Assembly (NCBI GenBank): GCA_902589095.1
Contig: CACIRR010000003.1
Coordinates: 1 to 55,029 of the forward strand
DNA: 55,029 bases
DNA from: an uncultured Alphaproteobacteria bacterium
GTDB lineage: Bacteria > Pseudomonadota > Alphaproteobacteria > HIMB59 > GCA-002718135
Direction: 5' to 3'
Within the stretch, counting starts at the first letter, position 1; each line of letters opens with the position of its first letter. Below, piece by piece: positions 47,199 through 55,029 of the stretch. The position numbers were made by a program, and so were the translations under genes. The notes beneath the pieces are model-generated. The model saw nothing but the letters and a program-made list of their open reading frames with translations. It was not told the DNA's origin and did no database searches.

Positions 47199-49241
47199 AT
47201 GAATGATCCCCTATTGCAGTCTTTTCAACTTAAACATTTACATTTAAAAAATCGCATTATCATAACAAGTCATGAACCATCTTATAACGAAGATGGCTTT
47301 CCAAAAGATCGGTACATAGCCTATCATCTAGAGAGAGCAAAAGGTGGAATAGCAATGACGATGACTGCAGGTTCATCTGTGGTATCTAAAGATAGTCCTC
47401 CTTCATTTGATAATATTCATGCATACAAAGATGAAGTTGTTCCATGGATAAAAAAACTAACAAATGCCATTCATGATCAGAATTGCAAAATTATGATACA
47501 ATTAACTCATTTAGGCAGAAGAACATCATGGAGTAAAGGTGATTGGCTTCCATCTATTTCATCTGGAAGGCACCGTGAACCTGCTCATAAAGCATTTCCA
47601 AAAATTGCTGAAAGTTGGGATATTGAGCGAATTATAAAACAATATGGTGATGCTGCAGAAAGGATGAAAGAAGGGGGGATGGATGGAGTTGAGCTTGAGG
47701 GTCAAGGTCATTTAATAGGTCAATTTTTATCACCATTAAGTAATGATTTAGAAACAGAGTATGGAGGTAGTTTAGAGAATAGACTACGTTTTACCATTGA
47801 GGTTTTAACAGAAATAAGAAAAAAAGTTGGACAAAAATTTATAGTGGGTATCCGTTGTGTATTTGATGAGGCTGCCGAAGGTGGGCTAAGCAAATTCGAA
47901 GGGTTAGAAATTGCAAAGATTTTATCTAATTCAGGTCTTGTAGATTACCTAAATATTAATAGAGGAAGAATTCACACGGATCCAAGTTTAACTAAACTAA
48001 TTCCAATACAAGGGATGAAGAGTGCTCCTCATTTAGATTTTGCTGGAGAAATAAAAAAAGTGGTTAATTTGCCAATTTTTCATGCATCCAAAATTTCTGA
48101 TGTAGCCACTGCAAGATATGCTATTTCCAATGGTATTGTTGACATGATTGGAATGACTAGAGGGCACTTAGCTGATCCCCATATTGTAAAAAAAATAAAA
48201 GAAAAAAGAGAAGAGGATATAAGGCCATGCGTTGGTGCAACGTATTGTTTGGATAGAATATACCAAGGTGAAGAAGCGCTATGTATTCACAATGCAGCAA
48301 CAGGAAGAGAATTAAAATTTCCAAATATAATTTCTCCTTCAAAAACTAAAAAAAGAATTGTGATAGTAGGTGCTGGACCCGGTGGTCTTGAGTCGGCAAG
48401 AATAGCATCTGAAAGAGGTCATGAAGTTGTAATTTTTGAGGCTGCTTCCGATCCGGGTGGGCAAGTAAGACTATGTGCAAAATCAAAAAGAAGAAAAGAT
48501 ATGATGGGAATAATTGATTGGAGGATGGAACAATGCACAAAAAAAAATGTAAATTTTAAATTTAATGTTTTAGCAGAAAAAGATGAAATACTTAGTGAAG
48601 ACCCAGACACGGTAATTATTGCAACTGGAGGTATACCTAATCTAGAACTGTTTGAAACAAAGAAAGATTTAGAAAATGTGTTTTCAAGTTGGGATATAAT
48701 CTCCGGTGATATTAAAACTGCAGAAAATATATTAATATATGATGAAGCAGGAGATCATGTTGCGATGCAATCAGCTGAACTCGCGATTCAACAAGGATCA
48801 AAAGTAAATTTTATGACACCTGATAGATTAATATCATCAGAAATAATGGGTATGAATTTAACTCCTTATTTAAAAAATCTTCAAAATGAAAATATTTCAT
48901 TTTTAATTGGTAAACGATTATTAGATGTTTCTATAGAGGGGAATAAACTAAATGCAGTAATTGGATCAGATTATAACGAGTTATTCAAACAAAATTCAAC
49001 CTATGATCAAGTATTTGTAAACTATGGAACAAAACCTCTAGATGAATTATATTTTGAGCTATCACCTCTTTCAAAGAATATGGGAGAAATAAATTATGAA
49101 AAATTTATTAAGGGATACGAGCAGGATATAATTAAAGATAAAGACAATAAATTTAATATTTTTAGAATTGGAGATGCTGTTTCATCACGAAACATCCATG
49201 CAGCAATTTATGATGCCTTAAGGTTAGTAATCAATATTTAA
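47199..49241 (+). CDS. NADH:flavin oxidoreductase (OYE/TMADH-like), resembling N-methylproline demethylase StcD/HpbA
   Basis: HEPSY.EDG.PK, ERAKGG, MIQLTHLGRR, YGGSLENR, RPCVGATYC...CIHN Fe-S motif, VGAGPGGLE, IGDAVSSRNIHAA. Confidence 0.85.
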   Translation: MNDPLLQSFQLKHLHLKNRIIITSHEPSYNEDGFPKDRYIAYHLERAKGGIAMTMTAGSSVVSKDSPPSFDNIHAYKDEVVPWIKKLTNAIHDQNCKIMIQLTHLGRRTSWSKGDWLPSISSGRHREPAHKAFPKIAESWDIERIIKQYGDAAERMKEGGMDGVELEGQGHLIGQFLSPLSNDLETEYGGSLENRLRFTIEVLTEIRKKVGQKFIVGIRCVFDEAAEGGLSKFEGLEIAKILSNSGLVDYLNINRGRIHTDPSLTKLIPIQGMKSAPHLDFAGEIKKVVNLPIFHASKISDVATARYAISNGIVDMIGMTRGHLADPHIVKKIKEKREEDIRPCVGATYCLDRIYQGEEALCIHNAATGRELKFPNIISPSKTKKRIVIVGAGPGGLESARIASERGHEVVIFEAASDPGGQVRLCAKSKRRKDMMGIIDWRMEQCTKKNVNFKFNVLAEKDEILSEDPDTVIIATGGIPNLELFETKKDLENVFSSWDIISGDIKTAENILIYDEAGDHVAMQSAELAIQQGSKVNFMTPDRLISSEIMGMNLTPYLKNLQNENISFLIGKRLLDVSIEGNKLNAVIGSDYNELFKQNSTYDQVFVNYGTKPLDELYFELSPLSKNMGEINYEKFIKGYEQDIIKDKDNKFNIFRIGDAVSSRNIHAAIYDALRLVINI

Positions 49242-49316
49242 AAGTTAAATAAGTCAATGCACAGTGACAATGAAGTCATTAATCTTTATAGTTTAGATAA
49301 ATAATTGAGAGGTACT

Positions 49317-49694
49317 ATGGACGAAGAATTATTTAAAAAAGGACTAGAAAAAAGAAAAGCAACATTAGGTAAAGAATATGTTGAAAAAAATTTAGAACAA
49401 GCGGATGAATTTACACTGCCTTTTCAAAAAGCAATGACGGAATGGTGTTGGGGATTTGGTTGGGGTGATGAAGTCATAGACATGAAAACTCGTTCAATGA
49501 TGAACCTATCAATGATTGGTGCACTAGGAAAAATGCATGAATGGGAAATACATTGCAGAGGAGCAATAACTAATGGAGTATCCAAAGAAGAGATTAGAGC
49601 AATTATTCATGTTATTGGAATTTATTGTGGTGTTCCTCAAGCGTTAGAGTGTTTTAGAGTTGCTAAAAAAATATTGGAAGAAAAAAATCTTTAG
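49317..49694 (+). CDS. Carboxymuconolactone decarboxylase/AhpD-family protein
   Basis: GLEKRKATLG, TEWCWG, KTRSM, HCRGAITNG, IYCGVP; ATG at 49317 after GAGG. Confidence 0.85.
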   Translation: MDEELFKKGLEKRKATLGKEYVEKNLEQADEFTLPFQKAMTEWCWGFGWGDEVIDMKTRSMMNLSMIGALGKMHEWEIHCRGAITNGVSKEEIRAIIHVIGIYCGVPQALECFRVAKKILEEKNL

Positions 49695-49701
49695 ATTTAT
49701 T

Positions 49702-50622
49702 TTAATTATAAATATAAAAAATATATCCAACGTATAAGACTAGGCCAATGGAGCCATAAGTTCTTCCAATTCTTTTAAGAAAAAACATAAATCCTAAAAT
49801 CATTACAGTAACTAATAACATAAAGAGTAGATCAGCAGAGCCTATTACAGTTGGGACGTTAAAGTTTCCAAAAAAAGAAGAAACACCCAGTACTCCTAAA
49901 ACATTATAAATGTTAGATCCTAAAACATTACCAAGAGCGAAATCAACTTTACGTCTTATAGCAGATAAAATTCCAACAACTAATTCGGGAAGTGAAGTAC
50001 CAAAGGCAACTAAAGATATACCTATTATAGCTTCTGGAATATTTAACTGAGTTGCAATATTAATTGCTGAGTCTACAAAAAGATCAGATCCATAAATTAA
50101 TAATATTATTCCTAATACAATGAAAATTATTGAAAGTATGAGAGAATAATCTCCTTTTTCCTCAACATCAGATACATCAAGAGACCCTTGTTTAACTTGT
50201 ATGTACATAATTAAAAATAATAATCCGATTGCCAATATTCCATAAATAAAATTAAAAGATATAATGAGAAAACTCATAGTTATCAAAATTACTGCCAAGC
50301 CAATATTTATCCAAGCCTGATTAATTTGATTTTGGTTAATTTTACTAATAGGAATTAGAAATGATGTAGCCGCCATGACCAGTATTAAATTTGCAATGTT
50401 ACTTCCAATAACAGCACCAACTGCTAGATCTGGGTGATTTGAAACTACGGCATTAATACTACTTGCTAGTTCGGGTAAAGATGTACCTCCAGCCACAATA
50501 ACAACACCTATAGCAAATAGAGACACTCTAAGCTTTCTTCCAAAACTAACAGAGCCTCTAATTATTAGTTCTGCACCGAGTATAAGAAGAGCTAAACCAA
50601 AAATTAATAAAAATAAATTCAC
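49702..50622 (-). CDS. Calcium/sodium antiporter (CaCA, YrbG-like)
   Basis: Two alpha repeats: GTSLPEL...GSNIAN and GTSLPEL...GSNIYN. Confidence 0.92.
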   Translation of the reverse strand: MNLFLLIFGLALLILGAELIIRGSVSFGRKLRVSLFAIGVVIVAGGTSLPELASSINAVVSNHPDLAVGAVIGSNIANLILVMAATSFLIPISKINQNQINQAWINIGLAVILITMSFLIISFNFIYGILAIGLLFLIMYIQVKQGSLDVSDVEEKGDYSLILSIIFIVLGIILLIYGSDLFVDSAINIATQLNIPEAIIGISLVAFGTSLPELVVGILSAIRRKVDFALGNVLGSNIYNVLGVLGVSSFFGNFNVPTVIGSADLLFMLLVTVMILGFMFFLKRIGRTYGSIGLVLYVGYIFYIYN

Positions 50623-50628
50623 TTAAAT

Positions 50629-51963
50629 CTAACTTCCGTAAATATAGTGCGGAAGCCATAAAGCAATTTGAGGAAAAATAATAATTAAAAGTAACCCTAT
50701 GACTTGCAGAACCATAAATTGCATCATTCCTATGTAGATATCTTTCAAATCCCATTCAGGTACTACACCTTTTAAAAAGTATGCAGATAAGGCAACTGGT
50801 GGAGACAACCAAGCTGTCTGCAAGTTTACTGCAACAAGAATGGCAAACCATATAAGATTAAAACCTAAACCTTCAATAAGAGGTAAAATTATAGGCACAA
50901 CAATTAAAACAATTGGTACCCATTCTAAAGGCCAGCCTAAAAGAAAAATCATAGCCATTACAATAAGTAAAATTAAATATCTATTTACCTCTAAACTTAA
51001 TAAGAAATCAGTAATCATTGAAGGAGTTCCTAATCTCGCAAAAACAGCTCCAAAGAAATTAGAAGCTGCAACTAACAACATTATTAAGGCAGTAATCTCA
51101 AGAGTTTTAATTAATCCATCTTTTAATTTGTCTAAAGTTAACTTACGATATGCAAGTGCTAATAAAATAGATCCGAGGGCACCACATCCAGCAGCCTCAG
51201 TTGGTGTTGCAAGACCAAACAAAATACTTCCTAGCGCAGAGAAAACTAAAAGTGCTGGCGGAACTAGTCCCATAAAAAATTCATAAAGAACAACTTTAAT
51301 ATCCTTTTCCCTATCCTCTTCCGGAACAACAGGTCCAAGTGAAGGATCTAAGTAACACCTAATAGTTGCGTAACCAGCATATAAAACTGCTAACATAATT
51401 CCAGGTATGATAGCTGCTGCAAAAAGATCTGTAACAGGAATTTCCATGATGGGACCCATTACAACGAGCATAATACTTGGAGGAATTAAAATTCCTAAAG
51501 TTCCTCCTGCAGTTATTGTTCCAGCTGCTAACCTAACATCATATCCTGATCTATTCATGGATTTTGCAGCCATAATTCCCAATATTGTAACTGACGCACC
51601 AACAATACCTGTGGCTGCAGCAAAAATGATAGATACAAAAAGAACAGCATAAAAAAGAGATCCACGAACTCTTGAAAGCATCATCTGCACTGAAGAAAAT
51701 AATCTTTCCATTAAACCTGCTTGCTCCATCATAATACCCATAAAGACAAACAGTGGGACGGCAGCCAATGTTTGCTCGGTCATGACCATTGAAAACTGTA
51801 GTGTCATTAAATAGAAAACCAGTTTTCCAAATCCAAGATAACCAAAAACAAAACCTAAAAAAATTAATGTAAAGGAAATTGGGAAACCAACAAAAATAGA
51901 AAATAGCATTACCGCTATTAAAAATATTCCTAAAATCTCCGGACTAATAAATTCTGCAATCAT
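50629..51963 (-). CDS. dctM: TRAP transporter large permease
   Basis: AVPLFVFMG, AAATGIVGASV, GTLGILIPPS, ATPTEAA, SPPVA. Confidence 0.93.
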   Translation of the reverse strand: MIAEFISPEILGIFLIAVMLFSIFVGFPISFTLIFLGFVFGYLGFGKLVFYLMTLQFSMVMTEQTLAAVPLFVFMGIMMEQAGLMERLFSSVQMMLSRVRGSLFYAVLFVSIIFAAATGIVGASVTILGIMAAKSMNRSGYDVRLAAGTITAGGTLGILIPPSIMLVVMGPIMEIPVTDLFAAAIIPGIMLAVLYAGYATIRCYLDPSLGPVVPEEDREKDIKVVLYEFFMGLVPPALLVFSALGSILFGLATPTEAAGCGALGSILLALAYRKLTLDKLKDGLIKTLEITALIMLLVAASNFFGAVFARLGTPSMITDFLLSLEVNRYLILLIVMAMIFLLGWPLEWVPIVLIVVPIILPLIEGLGFNLIWFAILVAVNLQTAWLSPPVALSAYFLKGVVPEWDLKDIYIGMMQFMVLQVIGLLLIIIFPQIALWLPHYIYGS

Positions 51964-52571
51964 TCATCACCTGGCCATTTACCATTTTTCATTGCATAGT
52001 GACTTTTCAATAATTCAGATACACCTTGTATAAGTAAAAAAACTATACCAATCCATAAGCATGATTTTATTGGCCAAAGATACGGCATCCAAGCGGTATC
52101 CATTCCTTTTTCGCCACGTTGCATTGACTCGATAACAAATATTGTAGTCATATACAAACAAAAGAAAAGTCCAGGAAAATAGAAAAATAAATATAACCAA
52201 AAATCGATAAAGCCTTGCGTTTTGGTTTTAAAATTACGATATAAAAAATCCGCTCTTATATGTACGCCCCTTGACAAGGCATAACCCGAACCAATCATAA
52301 ACATCGCACCATAAAAAAATCTGCTCATGTCGTAGGCCCAGTAAGTAGGTGCGAGAAAAAATTTTCTTGCTACAACCTCATATGCCATACATAAAAATAA
52401 GGGAACTGTTATCCAACAAATAGTTTTTCCAACCAACAAACTAAATTTATCAATGTTGATAATTGTTTTATAAATCCAATTTGCCATGTCAGATGGCTGT
52501 TCAAAATAGCCTACTTTTCTCTCAGCTATTAACTCATCCTTTAAATCGTAATCTTGAATATTATCTGACAT
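51960..52571 (-). CDS. dctQ: TRAP transporter small permease
   Basis: YEVVARKFF.APT.WA, HIRADFLY, four hydrophobic helices. Confidence 0.9.
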   Translation of the reverse strand: MSDNIQDYDLKDELIAERKVGYFEQPSDMANWIYKTIINIDKFSLLVGKTICWITVPLFLCMAYEVVARKFFLAPTYWAYDMSRFFYGAMFMIGSGYALSRGVHIRADFLYRNFKTKTQGFIDFWLYLFFYFPGLFFCLYMTTIFVIESMQRGEKGMDTAWMPYLWPIKSCLWIGIVFLLIQGVSELLKSHYAMKNGKWPGDE

Positions 52572-52590
52572 TCTTGTGTTCTACAGGAAT

Positions 52591-52618
52591 TAAAGAGCGG
52601 AAACTAGTCCGCTCTTTA
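52591..52618 (-). terminator. Stem-loop after dctP
   Basis: TAAAGAGCGGA-aactag-TCCGCTCTTTA. Confidence 0.7.
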
Positions 52619-52629
52619 TATATTTTAAA

Positions 52630-53727
52630 TTATTTTAATGTTGCAGCGTGAGCCATACCTAATTTAGCATTAGACATTTGAGCGCCACTCCAAAATGGTA
52701 CTGCAATATCAGCGAATTCTTTCATAGAAGTATACACTTCATTGAAAAATTCATTTTCTTCTGCATTTTTATTTAGAGTTGCTAAAGCAGCTGCCATGTA
52801 TTCAGAGAAATAATCAGTTGGTGTATCATGTAATATAACACCAGCTTCTTCTGTTAACATTCTCAGCGCTTTACCGTTCTCATAAATTCTATCAGATAAA
52901 GTCAGCATCAATGATGCATCAGCAGCTACCTGTAGAGAAGCTTTTTCATGATCAGTTAAACTATCATATAGACTCCCGTTCATATAAAAGTCTGCATTTA
53001 CGACAACTTGGTGCAAACCCTGAAGGTAGTAGTGCTTTAATACTTTTTGAAAACCAAACACACTGTCAGGTTTTGGGCAGCACCATTCTGCAGCATCAAT
53101 TGTACCAGCTTCAAGAGCAGGGAGGATATCTCCACCACCCATTGCTACTGAAGCAATACCAATATCTTTATATGTTTGACCAGGTATTCCTGGAGGTGTT
53201 CTAAAGCGATATTTTCTAAAATCCTCCATACTTGTGATTGGTTCTTTAAACCATCCCAATGCTTCTGGACCAACAGGCTGGAGCATAAATCCCTTTATGT
53301 CTCTTCCCATCTCATCCCAAAGTTGTTCATATAATTCTTTTCCACCTGCAGCGTTAAACCAAGATAGGAATGCTAAGTTATCGATCCCTACACCACCACC
53401 TGCAACAGGTGATCCAAATAACATTGCAGCTGGATGTTCTCCTGACCAATAGTGAGTCCAAGCAAATCCACAATCAATAAGACCTTTATCGATTGCATCC
53501 AGTGTTTCTTTACCACCAACAACAGTACCTGCTGGCATAATTTCAAATTTTAAAGACCCTCCAGTTAACTCTGTAACTCTATCAGTAAACTCTTCTTTTA
53601 GTAAACGAGCCTCATCACTCTTAGCATTTAAAACCGTCTGACACTTTAGTGTTTTTGCTTTTGCGGAGACAGTTGCAAATCCTAGAATCAAAATTGTTCC
53701 TAGAACTAATGTTAATAATTTTTTCAT
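52630..53727 (-). CDS. dctP: TRAP transporter solute-binding protein
   Basis: Signal peptide, ELTGGSLKFE, HYWSG, GWFKEPI, FRTPPG, LEAGTIDAAEW; GGGAGG RBS. Confidence 0.93.
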   Translation of the reverse strand: MKKLLTLVLGTILILGFATVSAKAKTLKCQTVLNAKSDEARLLKEEFTDRVTELTGGSLKFEIMPAGTVVGGKETLDAIDKGLIDCGFAWTHYWSGEHPAAMLFGSPVAGGGVGIDNLAFLSWFNAAGGKELYEQLWDEMGRDIKGFMLQPVGPEALGWFKEPITSMEDFRKYRFRTPPGIPGQTYKDIGIASVAMGGGDILPALEAGTIDAAEWCCPKPDSVFGFQKVLKHYYLQGLHQVVVNADFYMNGSLYDSLTDHEKASLQVAADASLMLTLSDRIYENGKALRMLTEEAGVILHDTPTDYFSEYMAAALATLNKNAEENEFFNEVYTSMKEFADIAVPFWSGAQMSNAKLGMAHAATLK

Positions 53728-53971
53728 GTTACCTCCCGAAAAATTGTATAAAAAAACTTAACACTAATAAAACGTTTTACAAAGATATTATTAGGATTAA
53801 TTAATAAAAAATATTGATATTAATATAATAATGAAAAAAATAAAAATTAAGCAAATAGCAAAAAAAATAAATAATTTAAAATATGTTGCCATTAAATTTT
53901 ATACATTTTAAACCAATCTTGTTTATAAAATTATCTATTAATTACCTAATTTTTAAACTCAAATATTTATA

Positions 53972-55029
53972 ATGAGTGATAGTTTTGATTATATAATTGT
54001 TGGAGCTGGTTCTGCTGGATGCGTACTAGCAAACAGATTGTCAGCCAATCCAAAAATCTCAGTTTTGTTAATTGAAGCAGGAGGAAAAGATACGTATCCA
54101 TGGATACATATACCTGTTGGTTATTACAAAACCATGCATAATCCAAAAACGGATTGGTGTTTCAAAACAGAACCAGATGAGTCCATCAATGGAAGATCAA
54201 TTAATTATCCAAGAGGAAAAACATTAGGGGGCAGTTCGTCAATAAACGGTCTATTGTATATAAGAGGGCAATCAAGAGATTATGATATTTGGCGACAACT
54301 CGGAAACACTGGGTGGGGATGGGAAGATGTACTCCCCTACTTTATTAAATCAGAAAATCAGGAAAGAGGGGCAAATAAGTTTCATGGTGTTGGAGGTCCT
54401 TTATCAGTTTCTGATATTAGAATTAAACTTGATATTTTAGACGAATTCCAAAATGCTGCTGAAGAGATCGGTATACCTAAAATAAAAGATTTTAACACCG
54501 GTGATAATTTTGGATGTGATTATTTTCAAGTGACCGAAAAAAATGGATTACGATGCAGCACTGCCGTTGGTTATTTAAACCCAGCTAAAAAAAGAAAAAA
54601 TTTAAAAATTGTGGTTAAGGCACATGTAAAACAAATTAATTTTGATGGAAAAAAAGCTGTTGGCATTTCCTATTGGCATGACAATCAATTGATATCGGTA
54701 AAAACTAATAAAGAAGTAATATTGTCAGCAGGCGCAATTGGCTCGCCTCATATTTTACAAGCATCAGGAATTGGCAATGAGAACAAATTACATAAATTAG
54801 GCATAAACATGGTTCATCATAATCCAAATGTTGGACAAAATCTTCAAGACCATCTGATGTTAAGACCTGTCTACAAAGTAAAAAATATAAAAACACTAAA
54901 CAAGACTATCAATAGTTTTTTTGGCAAAATGTTAATTGGAATGGAGTTTGTTTTTTTTAGAAAAGGCGTAATGACAATGGGTGCAAGTCAGTTATGTGGT
55001 TTTGCTAAAAGTGACGAGAATAAAGAAAC
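53972..55029 (+). CDS. GMC oxidoreductase (choline dehydrogenase-like), truncated by the window end
   Basis: Translated by hand, absent from the ORF track: MSDSFDYIIVGAGSAGCVLANRLS...LLIEAGG...WIHIPVGY...PRGKTLGGSSSING...ILSAGAIGSPHIL...VGQNLQDH. Confidence 0.92.
   Translation, partial: MSDSFDYIIVGAGSAGCVLANRLSANPKISVLLIEAGGKDTYPWIHIPVGYYKTMHNPKTDWCFKTEPDESINGRSINYPRGKTLGGSSSINGLLYIRGQSRDYDIWRQLGNTGWGWEDVLPYFIKSENQERGANKFHGVGGPLSVSDIRIKLDILDEFQNAAEEIGIPKIKDFNTGDNFGCDYFQVTEKNGLRCSTAVGYLNPAKKRKNLKIVVKAHVKQINFDGKKAVGISYWHDNQLISVKTNKEVILSAGAIGSPHILQASGIGNENKLHKLGINMVHHNPNVGQNLQDHLMLRPVYKVKNIKTLNKTINSFFGKMLIGMEFVFFRKGVMTMGASQLCGFAKSDENKE

Noticed and set aside
100-54896. About 30 short (60-148 aa) ORFs in the track, e.g. 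100-306, 4048-4260, 30697-31020, 50840-51286, 54705-54896
   Set aside because: They lie antisense to, or out of frame within, well-supported genes and carry no recognisable motifs; treated as shadow ORFs
1-55029. CRISPR arrays, tRNA/rRNA genes, IS elements, integrases, prophage; poly-A/T runs as phase-variation tracts
   Set aside because: No spaced direct repeats, GC-rich structural RNA or mobility genes seen; intergenic gaps are under about 250 bp; homopolymer runs are expected at this AT content and the reading frames are intact

Overview
A very AT-rich (roughly 30% GC by eye), tightly packed bacterial region with many overlapping start/stop codons. Composition and gene content resemble a streamlined marine alphaproteobacterium (Pelagibacterales/SAR11-like); this is inference. 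About 47 CDS. I saw no rRNA, tRNA, CRISPR, transposase or phage genes. The window is dominated by organosulfur scavenging: (1) a sugar ABC transporter + sulfamidase-like sulfatase + FGE-domain operon; (2) a putative mosaic sulfoquinovose (SQ) pathway (GH188/SqgA-like glycosidase, mutarotase, fucose-isomerase-family isomerase, PfkB kinase, LacD/YihT aldolase) linked to SlcC, ComDE and a family-5 ABC importer; (3) an omega-aminotransferase / Ald / atypical ureohydrolase / DUF1989 operon divergent from a Pta-family gene; (4) an uncharacterised LacI-associated cluster with three tandem-SnoaL proteins, a bicupin, a MetE-like Zn enzyme, an alpha/beta hydrolase, a HAD hydrolase and a sugar ABC transporter, bracketed by hpsO- and hpsN-like genes; (5) cysQ-cysD-cysNC, a StcD-like flavoenzyme, a Ca/Na antiporter, a TRAP system and a GMC oxidoreductase cut by the window end. 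Clusters (4) and (2) are the best candidates for undescribed systems. All functional calls come from motif recognition, without database searches.
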